The notes beneath the pieces are model-generated. The model had not been told where the DNA came from, ran no database searches, and saw only the letters and a program-made list of their open reading frames with translations. Below are positions 36,888 to 44,295 of a stretch of 64,000 bases of DNA, in pieces. Each line of letters starts with the position of its first letter. Position 1 is the stretch's first letter. The DNA lies in contig CAZJZJ010000001.1 of NCBI GenBank assembly GCA_964550525.1, forward strand, positions 36,860-100,859, written 5' to 3'. Both the position numbers and the translations under genes were made by a program. The stretch is from an uncultured Methanosarcinales archaeon. Its GTDB lineage: Archaea; Nanobdellota; Nanobdellia; Woesearchaeales; JANQNQ01.

Positions 36888-38906
36888 TCAAATCCTTTGT
36901 ACAAACCCTGATTTTGGTTCGAATATATCACCGCTTCTTTTTAATTTTTCTATTGCATCTTCAACCTTGTCTTCTTCAATGCCTCTTTCACCTGCTTCCT
37001 TTAATATGTCGTCTATTGGGATGGTTTTACCTATCTTGTTTTCTAAATCGGCTATTATGTCTTTGACAACAATAATCTTACTACGTTGTGATGCAGGGAT
37101 CCCTGTAGATATCTTATCTATGTCAATCTTACCTGTCTCCATATCAGTTGCAACCTGGGCCAAACAAAAATTTAACAACTCAGTCGCCCTTTTAGCATCT
37201 TTCTTACCTACTTTCTTAGCTAACCTTAATTTAGCAGTACCCTCAGCTAACCTGATCAATGCTTCAAGTTGCCTTGGTGATATAGGTACAGATTTAATCC
37301 CACCCTCTTCACTACCTGAAGCCCTCATCTTTAGATAATAATTCTTAATCTCTTCAATTGCGCCATCTGTTAGTACAGGGAAACAAGTCTGCCTAGCATA
37401 AGCAACGTATTTCTTGAGTAAGGTTGTATCAATATCAGGATGTATGTCTTCTGGCTTTTGGTGTAATAATAGTATATGTTTAGCCATACGCTCATCTTTT
37501 TTCTCGTCAGGCAAATCTTTTACAGGAAATATTAAATCAAACCTATTAATCAAAGCTGGCGGCAGGTTTATTTGTTTAGCAATTATGTCGTATGGGTCAA
37601 ACCTGCCAAACTTAGGGTTAGCAGCAGCCAGTACAGTAGTCTCACATCTTAATGTTGCTTGAATATTTGCTTTACTTATGCTAACTGTCTGTTGTTCAAG
37701 TGCTTCATGCATTGCAGCTCTATCTTCTGGGGTCATCTTATCCATCTCATCAATACATACTAGCCCCCTGTTTGCAAGAACTAATGCACCTGCTTCCAGA
37801 GCCCATCCTTTCAAAAACTCGTCTTTAACAACTGCAGCAGTCAAACCTGCGCCACTTACACCTTTACCACTAACATACCTTGCTTTTGGTGCAACCGTTG
37901 ATGCCCTTTTCAACAACTGAGATTTACCTGCACCAGGATCTCCTATTAATAGAACATGCATATCCCCCCTAGTAATCATGCCATCTGGACGTTCCTTTTT
38001 CACACCACCAACTAACTGAAGCAACAATGCTTCTTTTACTTTACCATAACCAAATATAGATGGCGCAACAGATTTAATAAGCTTAGAATATACCTTTGGG
38101 TCGTTTGATAATTTTCTTATTTGTTCTACCTCTTTTTCATTAATCTCCAATTCTAGATAATCTTCTTGCATGGTCTCAACATGGTTTGCTTCAACTAATA
38201 GGTCAAACCTAGTAGACTGAACTCCGCTGTGAAGAGTGATAGGCACTTCTTTGATTATTCCACTTACCTGGATTCTGCTTCCCGGATTGGTTTTTTTATC
38301 AGAAATAGGGCTGACTAGGTCCTCTTTAAGAAATATGTTCATTCTTTTAGGCTGTTCACCGCCTTCAAGATCCTCTGGTGATTCTTCAAGCACTATACCT
38401 TGTACATCTATTAGCTCTTTTCCTATCAATCTAAATTTGCCTTTTCTACCGCAACCACATGTAGCTGGTTCTTTAAACTTTTTATCTACTTGCAAAACAG
38501 AGATAATATTTCCGCAACTTGGGCATTCAAATCTTGCAGATGTAACTTGAGGGCGTACATCAGATTTTTGTCTAACTACTCCCTCTAAAACAAGAAATTT
38601 GTTGATATGTTCACTTCTAATATTCCTAACCATTATCTTTTGTGATTCTGGTAGGTTTGAAACCCTAATCTTAACATCTTTAGCAGCTTTAGGCAGGTCA
38701 AATTGTTCAATTGCTAGTTCTGCAGCTTTGATTAGATCCTCTGGTTGGTCTAGCATTAGATCAGCTAGTTTTGGGTTGAACTTTGATAACTCTGTAAAAT
38801 CTATAACTAGGTAATAAAGAGATTTTCTGAGATTCTTTTGTAGAATAGCTAAATAATTGGTTTCTATAAATTCTTGGAATAGTTTTATTTGTTCGGCTGT
38901 ATTCAT
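36888..38906 (-). CDS. mcm: MCM replicative helicase
   Basis: It has an N-terminal Zn-finger region (CPSCGN...CGCG), Walker A LLIGDPGAGKSQLL, Walker B CIDEMDKM, an arginine finger and a C-terminal wH. The probable start is MNTAEQ at 38906, with a TATA-like tatttaaact ~25 nt upstream. The track ORF extends to 38984 through ORB-like repeats. Confidence 0.9.
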   Translation of the reverse strand: MNTAEQIKLFQEFIETNYLAILQKNLRKSLYYLVIDFTELSKFNPKLADLMLDQPEDLIKAAELAIEQFDLPKAAKDVKIRVSNLPESQKIMVRNIRSEHINKFLVLEGVVRQKSDVRPQVTSARFECPSCGNIISVLQVDKKFKEPATCGCGRKGKFRLIGKELIDVQGIVLEESPEDLEGGEQPKRMNIFLKEDLVSPISDKKTNPGSRIQVSGIIKEVPITLHSGVQSTRFDLLVEANHVETMQEDYLELEINEKEVEQIRKLSNDPKVYSKLIKSVAPSIFGYGKVKEALLLQLVGGVKKERPDGMITRGDMHVLLIGDPGAGKSQLLKRASTVAPKARYVSGKGVSGAGLTAAVVKDEFLKGWALEAGALVLANRGLVCIDEMDKMTPEDRAAMHEALEQQTVSISKANIQATLRCETTVLAAANPKFGRFDPYDIIAKQINLPPALINRFDLIFPVKDLPDEKKDERMAKHILLLHQKPEDIHPDIDTTLLKKYVAYARQTCFPVLTDGAIEEIKNYYLKMRASGSEEGGIKSVPISPRQLEALIRLAEGTAKLRLAKKVGKKDAKRATELLNFCLAQVATDMETGKIDIDKISTGIPASQRSKIIVVKDIIADLENKIGKTIPIDDILKEAGERGIEEDKVEDAIEKLKRSGDIFEPKSGFVQRI

Positions 38907-38949
38907 ATTATTAACACTTCTTTTATAGTTTAAATACCTCACGCGTACA

Positions 38950-39052
38950 CATGTCCAGTGTCCAGTGGCTCCCCCAAACGCCAAAAAACAGATAGCTCAA
39001 GCTATAATAACGCAGTTTTCCACTGGACACCCTGCTTTGTCCAGTGGCTCTA
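38950..39052. repeat. Cluster of ORB-like TCCAGTGG dyad elements between TBP (stop 39058) and the mcm promoter
   Basis: 38954-38975 reads TCCAGTGTCCAGTGGCTCCCCC. At 39015-39030 the minus strand reads GTGTCCAGTGGAAAAC, which matches the ORB core TCCAGTGGAAAC. 39040-39050 reads GTCCAGTGGCTC. All are read directly from the sequence. Confidence 0.5.
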
Positions 39053-39057
39053 GAATT

Positions 39058-39600
39058 TTACGTTTTGATCTTCTTTAGGTTTTTAATTAGCTTGTCTAGT
39101 GCTTCTTTCACAGCAGATTCGCTTTTTGTACCTGTACAAACTACTTTTCCGTTACTGAATAAAAGGAAAGTTGCCCTAGCTTCTGTAAGCTTATACACTA
39201 AACCTGGGAACTGTTCTGGTTCGTACTCTGTATTGTGTAGCTTCATTGCAAGGATATTCAGGTTAAGATCCATACCAACACTACCAGAAGCTACAATGTT
39301 CTGTATGTTTACTTTTGGTTGTATCTTAATGTTGATTCCTATCTTTTTTAGACTCTTTATAATCTTCTTGATAGACTCGTGTACCTTGTCTATGGTCCTT
39401 GCACCAGTGCATACAACCTTTCCTGAACTAAATATTAAAGCAGATGTTTTAGGCTCTTTAATCCTAATAACAAGCCCAGGGAATTGTTCTGGGTTGTATT
39501 CAGTGTTACTGAGCGTTGCTGCCATCTTTTCAAGAGGTATAGCATGCTCTAAATCAGTTGAAACCACGATATTTACTACTTTTATGTTTTTTTCAGCCAT
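39058..39600 (-). CDS. tbp: TATA-box binding protein
   Basis: Two direct TBP repeats are present (NIVVSTDL...FPGLVIRIKEPKTSALIFSSGKVVCTGA and NIVASGSV...FPGLVYKLTEARATFLLFSNGKVVCTGT), in 180 aa. Confidence 0.9.
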   Translation of the reverse strand: MAEKNIKVVNIVVSTDLEHAIPLEKMAATLSNTEYNPEQFPGLVIRIKEPKTSALIFSSGKVVCTGARTIDKVHESIKKIIKSLKKIGINIKIQPKVNIQNIVASGSVGMDLNLNILAMKLHNTEYEPEQFPGLVYKLTEARATFLLFSNGKVVCTGTKSESAVKEALDKLIKNLKKIKT

Positions 39601-39951
39601 AATATCGCCCCCATAAGCGTTTTATTTATAAGGGTTTAAAAAGCAAGCTTATTTATAAATACTTTGGTTTTTAAATGAAACCATTCTAAACTAAATGATG
39701 CATTTGGTATGCCCCTTTGATTTCATTTGTAATATTTCTGGTATTAAGCCTTAAAATAGCTGTTTTTGCCTGTTTCAGAAAGTGTTCAAGATGTAACGCC
39801 CCTGGTTTTCCATTGGAAAAACAAGCACCTCAGGCCCTTAAGCAATAAGTTACAAAAATGGTTGCTGCAAAATACATATTCCAAAACAATGGTATGCCTA
39901 TATAATATAACCACAAAATTTAAATATTCTACCTTAACTATCGTTAAGTTC

Positions 39952-40317
39952 ATGAAATTAATGCCACAAGAGATTGAGGTTTGGTATATCCTGCCTGCTA
40001 TTAGGAAAGAGATTGCCATTGAAATGAAAAAGCTTGGCTTGAAACAGAATGAAATAGCTCAAAAGCTTGGTCTGACAGAAGCTGCAGTTAGCCAATACCT
40101 TAAAGGTAAACGCGGTAATGATGTTGATCTGGATAAAGAGATCAAAACCAGGATAAAAGAGATCACAAAAAAACTGATTAAAGACCAGACCTGTTTAATT
40201 AAAGAAATAAACGAGTTATGCAAAAGGGCAAAAAAATGTTTGTTGTTGTGTAAAGTACACAGGAAGCATGATCATGGGCTTTCAAAGGACTGTAGCGCTT
40301 GTTTAGAACAATACTAG
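39952..40317 (+). CDS. Small HTH (XRE-like) transcriptional regulator with a C-terminal Cys/His-rich putative metal or Fe-S binding tail
   Basis: The likely start is MKLMPQE at 39952, with a TATA-like tttaaata at 39919-39926. The HTH reads NEIAQKLGLTEAAVSQYLKGKRG. The tail reads QTC..ELC..KKC..LLC..HRKHDH..DCSAC. The 3' end overlaps the iscS start. Confidence 0.5.
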   Translation: MKLMPQEIEVWYILPAIRKEIAIEMKKLGLKQNEIAQKLGLTEAAVSQYLKGKRGNDVDLDKEIKTRIKEITKKLIKDQTCLIKEINELCKRAKKCLLLCKVHRKHDHGLSKDCSACLEQY

Positions 40318-41465
40318 GTGATAATATGGAAGTATATCTTGATAATGGAGCAACCACAAGAGTGGATCCAGAAGTAGTTAAAGAAATGCAACCCTTTTTT
40401 TCAGATAAATATGGCAATGCATCTTCTCTGCACAAGTTTGGTAGAGAAGCTAAAGAGGCACTTGAGAATGCACGCGAAACAATAGCTATTTCGATTGGTG
40501 CAGAACCAAAAGAGATTATATTTACATCTGGAGGTACAGAATCAGATAACATGGCTCTACGCGGTGCAATATTCTGTGGCGAAAGAAAAGGTAAAAACAT
40601 AATTACAACCAAGATTGAACACCCAGCTATACTTAATACGTGCAAATGCCTTGAACAACAGGGAGTAAAGGTACATTATCTTGATGTAGATAAAAATGGT
40701 GTAGTGGATCTAGAACAAGTAAAAAAGCTTATTGACAAAAACACCCTACTTGTTTCAATCATGCATGCTAATAATGAGGTTGGTACAATCCAACCAATCA
40801 AGCAAGCGGCAAAGATAGCTCATGACAATGGTACTTTGTTTCATACAGACGCAGTGCAAAGTTTTACTAAAACAAAGTTTGATGTAAAGGAACTAGGTGT
40901 AGATTATGCAAGTTTTTCTGGGCACAAAATCCATGGACCTAAAGGCGTAGGTTTCCTTTACAAAAGTAAAAAAGCTCCACTCTGCCCAATGGTATATGGC
41001 GGTGGGCACGAGTTTAGTTTAAGAGCAGGTACAGAGAATGTCCCAGCAATAGTGGGCTTAGCAAAAGCAGTAAGCCTAGATACCAAATCTGATTACATCA
41101 GAAAACTTAGAGATAGATTGATTAAAGGTCTTGAGACAATACCTGATGTGAAGCTTAATGGACCAAGAAAACAGCGTCTAGTCAATAATGTCAACATGTC
41201 GTTTGCTTTTGTTGAAGGCGAAGCAATGTTGTTGCACTTAGATGAAAAAGGCATAGCTGTTTCAACAGGTTCAGCATGTTCTTCACATAGCTTAAAACCA
41301 AGCCATGTTTTGGAAGCTATAGGTGTACCCCCTGATATGATGCATGGTTCATTACGTTTTACATTATCTAGATTTAATACAGAGAAGGAGATTGACTATA
41401 CAATTAAATCTGTAAAAGAAGTAGTAGAAAAACTTAGAAAAATTAGCCCGTTTGGCAAAAGGTGA
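40299..41465 (+). CDS. iscS: Cysteine desulfurase (IscS/NifS, class V aminotransferase)
   Basis: It has the PLP-lysine region FSGHKIHGPKGVGFLY and the catalytic Cys loop STGSACSS. The probable true start is MEVYLDNGATT at ~40326. Confidence 0.85.
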   Translation: MFRTILGDNMEVYLDNGATTRVDPEVVKEMQPFFSDKYGNASSLHKFGREAKEALENARETIAISIGAEPKEIIFTSGGTESDNMALRGAIFCGERKGKNIITTKIEHPAILNTCKCLEQQGVKVHYLDVDKNGVVDLEQVKKLIDKNTLLVSIMHANNEVGTIQPIKQAAKIAHDNGTLFHTDAVQSFTKTKFDVKELGVDYASFSGHKIHGPKGVGFLYKSKKAPLCPMVYGGGHEFSLRAGTENVPAIVGLAKAVSLDTKSDYIRKLRDRLIKGLETIPDVKLNGPRKQRLVNNVNMSFAFVEGEAMLLHLDEKGIAVSTGSACSSHSLKPSHVLEAIGVPPDMMHGSLRFTLSRFNTEKEIDYTIKSVKEVVEKLRKISPFGKR

Positions 41466-41959
41466 TAACTATGTATTCAAAAAAGGTAATGGAACATTTC
41501 CGGAACCCACACAATCAAGGTAAAATCAAAGATGCAGACGGTATAGGTAAGGTTGGCAATATTAGTTGTGGAGATGTAATGTGGATCTACATCAAGGTAA
41601 AGGATGATGTTATTGTAGACATTAAATTCTCAACCTTTGGTTGCGCAGCTGCAATAGCTACAAGTTCAATGATAACAGATTTGGTTAAAGGCAAAACCGT
41701 CAAAGAAGCACTTAAGATAACTAACAAAGATGTAGCAGATTCTTTGGATGGGTTACCTCCAATAAAAATTCACTGTTCAACACTTGCAGAAGAAGGTCTT
41801 AATGAAGCTATCTATGATTACTTAACTAAAAACAAACTACCTATTCCTAAAAGTGTTGAAGAGAAACACAAAAGAATACAGGCAGAACTTGAAAAAATAA
41901 AAGAGAAATACAAGGATTTCAAAGAATTTGAAGAAGAGTTAATGAAAAACAGCAAATGA
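41462..41959 (+). CDS. iscU: Fe-S cluster scaffold protein IscU/NifU-like
   Basis: It carries the three conserved Cys (ISCGDV, FSTFGCAAAIATSS, IHCSTLAEEGL). Confidence 0.85.
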   Translation: MITMYSKKVMEHFRNPHNQGKIKDADGIGKVGNISCGDVMWIYIKVKDDVIVDIKFSTFGCAAAIATSSMITDLVKGKTVKEALKITNKDVADSLDGLPPIKIHCSTLAEEGLNEAIYDYLTKNKLPIPKSVEEKHKRIQAELEKIKEKYKDFKEFEEELMKNSK

Positions 41960-42789
41960 TACTTGTACGTTACGCAGAACTTGCTTTGAAAGGCGGAAAC
42001 AGAAATTATTTTGAAAAACGTTTAGTTAGGAATCTAAAGGATTGTCTGAAAAAAAACAAAGTTTCTTTTGAAAAGATCGAGCGTTTGCCAGGCAGGATAC
42101 TTATTCATACAGATAATTCTTGTAAACAATTAAAAAATGTTTTCGGAGTGCACTCTTACAGCAACTGTGTTGTTGCCAAGCTTGATATTGTGGAGATTAA
42201 GAAAGCAGCATTACCTTTAATTAAGAGTTTGGATAATAAAAAAACATTTAGGGTAAGTGCACATAGATGTGACAAAAGCATAAAACTCAAATCTGCGCAA
42301 ATTAATCAAGAGTTAGGGCAGTTTATTGTCGAGAAAACATGTGCAAAAGTTAGTCTTAAGGATTTTGATTTTGAACTTGGTGTAGAACTTATTAGTGGCA
42401 ATGCATATATCTTTAACGAACGTGTTAAATGTCTTGGCGGGTTGCCTTTAGGTGTAGAAGGTAGAGTGATTGCTTTAATTGAAAACAAGAAAGACCAGCT
42501 TGCTGCATTACTTATGATGAAACGTGGTTGCGCTGTTATACCAGTTGGACTTAGAAAAGTGGATATTTCTCTACTTAAAGTGTATTCCTACGGAACAAAA
42601 CTAGAACTTGAACTAGTTAAAGATTTAAAAGAATTAGGTGTGCTAGCAAAAAAATATTGTGTTGAACTTTTTGTAACTGGCCAAACACTTAAAGATTTTA
42701 AAGAACTTGGATTAGATATGGTACATCTAATGCCTTTAATTGCATTTGATGAGAATGAAATAAAACAGAAACTTGAAGAATTAAAATGA
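41956..42789 (+). CDS. ThiI-like THUMP-domain protein with a degenerate, truncated PP-loop (probable pseudo-enzyme or tRNA-binding partner)
   Basis: The N-terminus ILVRYAELALKGGNRNYFEKRL matches ThiI ferredoxin-like plus THUMP. The ThiI block GLPLGVEGRVIALI-ENKKDQ-LAALLMMKRGCAVIPV at 42481-42498 has ENKKDQ in place of the SGGxDS PP-loop. Only ~90 aa follow it. It is ATGA-coupled to the next gene. Confidence 0.6.
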   Translation: MILVRYAELALKGGNRNYFEKRLVRNLKDCLKKNKVSFEKIERLPGRILIHTDNSCKQLKNVFGVHSYSNCVVAKLDIVEIKKAALPLIKSLDNKKTFRVSAHRCDKSIKLKSAQINQELGQFIVEKTCAKVSLKDFDFELGVELISGNAYIFNERVKCLGGLPLGVEGRVIALIENKKDQLAALLMMKRGCAVIPVGLRKVDISLLKVYSYGTKLELELVKDLKELGVLAKKYCVELFVTGQTLKDFKELGLDMVHLMPLIAFDENEIKQKLEELK

Positions 42790-43640
42790 CTAATATGTTT
42801 ATTAAAAAAATCGAGAATAAAGTTAAGAAAACTATAAAAGATTACAAACTTTGTAATAAAAAAGAAAAGATACTTGTAGCTTGTAGTGGTGGTAAAGATA
42901 GTACAACCATTCTTTATATTTTAAAGAAACTTGGCTATAATGTAGAAGCTATAACAGTCAATGCTGTTATTGGTAATTATTCACAAAAAAGCCTTGACAA
43001 TCTGGTTGCTTTTTGTAAAAAACATTCTGTTGTACTACATCTTCTTTCTTTCAGAGATGAGTTTGGTTACTCTTTATGTTATCTTAGAAAAGTTATTAAT
43101 TCTAAAGGGCATAAACTAAAATCCTGTACAATCTGCGGTGTATTAAGAAGATATCTTTTGAACCGTAAAGTAAGAAAGTTAAAGGCTAGCAAAATTGTAA
43201 CTGGCCATAACCTTGATGATGAAGCGCAAGCAGTAATGATGAATTTCCTAAGAGGCAGCCTAGAACTTAATGCGCGTATGGGTCCTATGACAGGCATAGT
43301 TAGACACAGTAGTTTTGTACCAAGGATAAAACCCTTGTATTTCTGTACAGAAAACGAGGTTGAAAGATATTCAAAACTAATGAAATTTCCCGTCTCTTAC
43401 AAAGAATGCCCTTGTAGAACAGATGTATACCGTAATATGGTTAGAAAAGAACTTAACAAGTTAGAGAAAACAGATGCGGATGTTAAAGCAAACATTATTA
43501 AATCATACCTGAAACTACTTCCTAAGCTAAAAAAACATTTTAAAGCTGTAAAAGAACCAAACAACTGTAACATGTGCGGTGAGCCTGCTAAAAAAGAGGT
43601 TTGCCAATCTTGTAATATTTTGGGTTTAGTGAAAAAATGA
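42786..43640 (+). CDS. PP-loop ATP pyrophosphatase of the TtuA/NcsA/Ctu1 tRNA thiolation family
   Basis: An intact PP-loop SGGKDS sits at 42885-42902. Cys clusters include CNKKEK...CS, CTICG, CPCRTD and CNMCGEP...CQSCN, as Zn-finger or Fe-S ligands. It is co-operonic with iscS and iscU. Confidence 0.65.
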   Translation: MTNMFIKKIENKVKKTIKDYKLCNKKEKILVACSGGKDSTTILYILKKLGYNVEAITVNAVIGNYSQKSLDNLVAFCKKHSVVLHLLSFRDEFGYSLCYLRKVINSKGHKLKSCTICGVLRRYLLNRKVRKLKASKIVTGHNLDDEAQAVMMNFLRGSLELNARMGPMTGIVRHSSFVPRIKPLYFCTENEVERYSKLMKFPVSYKECPCRTDVYRNMVRKELNKLEKTDADVKANIIKSYLKLLPKLKKHFKAVKEPNNCNMCGEPAKKEVCQSCNILGLVKK

Positions 43641-44221
43641 GAGATATTGTGTTCCCAAAGAACAATGAGAAAGAGTTTATTTCATTAGCTGAAAAACTAG
43701 GCTACAATGAACTTATTTTTGTTTATGATCAGAAAAACCTCAAAAAACAAATATTCAAAACAAAAATTAAAATCATATTTGGTGTAAAAACAAACCCAAA
43801 ACAAATCCAGAAAGCAAGAAACAAATCAGATTTTGTAATTGTAGAAGCAGATGAACATTCTAGAATGGCTTTTGAAAACAAGCATGTTTCTTTAATTTAC
43901 GCTCTTGAAAAACTTGAAAAACATGATCATATGCATTTTCGTAAATCTGGCCTTAACCAAGTACTATGTAGTCTTGCTTGTAAAAAAGACATAATTGTTG
44001 GTTTTAGTTTCAACTCAATATTGAATTCTTCAGAAAAATGGAGATCTAGATTACTCGGCAGGATGATGCAGAATGTCAAACTTTGCAGAAAGTACAAGGT
44101 TAAAACAACAATTGCTTCTTTTGCAACAAAACCAATGGAAATGCGTTCACCAGCTGAACTAAAAAGTTTTGGCATAATTCTAGGCATGCACGCTAAGAAA
44201 GCTAGAGAAAGTCTGCACTAA
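43637..44221 (+). CDS. rnp3: RNase P protein component 3 (Rpp30)
   Basis: The block IIVGFSFNSILNSSEKWRSRLLGRMMQNVKLCRKYKVKTTIASFATKPMEMRSPAELKSFGIILGM aligns well with archaeal Rpp30, as recalled from Pyrococcus Rpp30. Confidence 0.7.
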   Translation: MRDIVFPKNNEKEFISLAEKLGYNELIFVYDQKNLKKQIFKTKIKIIFGVKTNPKQIQKARNKSDFVIVEADEHSRMAFENKHVSLIYALEKLEKHDHMHFRKSGLNQVLCSLACKKDIIVGFSFNSILNSSEKWRSRLLGRMMQNVKLCRKYKVKTTIASFATKPMEMRSPAELKSFGIILGMHAKKARESLH

Positions 44222-44295
44222 TTACGTAGAAACATTTATATATAAGTCTGCCATAAAATAACTCATCCTAGATAATAATATAAAAAGAGGGAAAC

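Noticed and set aside
38907-38984. N-terminal 26-aa extension of MCM in the ORF track (MAFGGATGHWTCVRVRYLNYKRSVNN)
   Set aside because: It reads through the ORB-like CCAGTGG repeats and a TATA-like element. The conserved MCM sequence begins at the internal Met (38906).
39044-39616. 190-aa plus-strand ORF overlapping tbp
   Set aside because: It is antisense to a clearly recognisable TBP with two canonical repeats.
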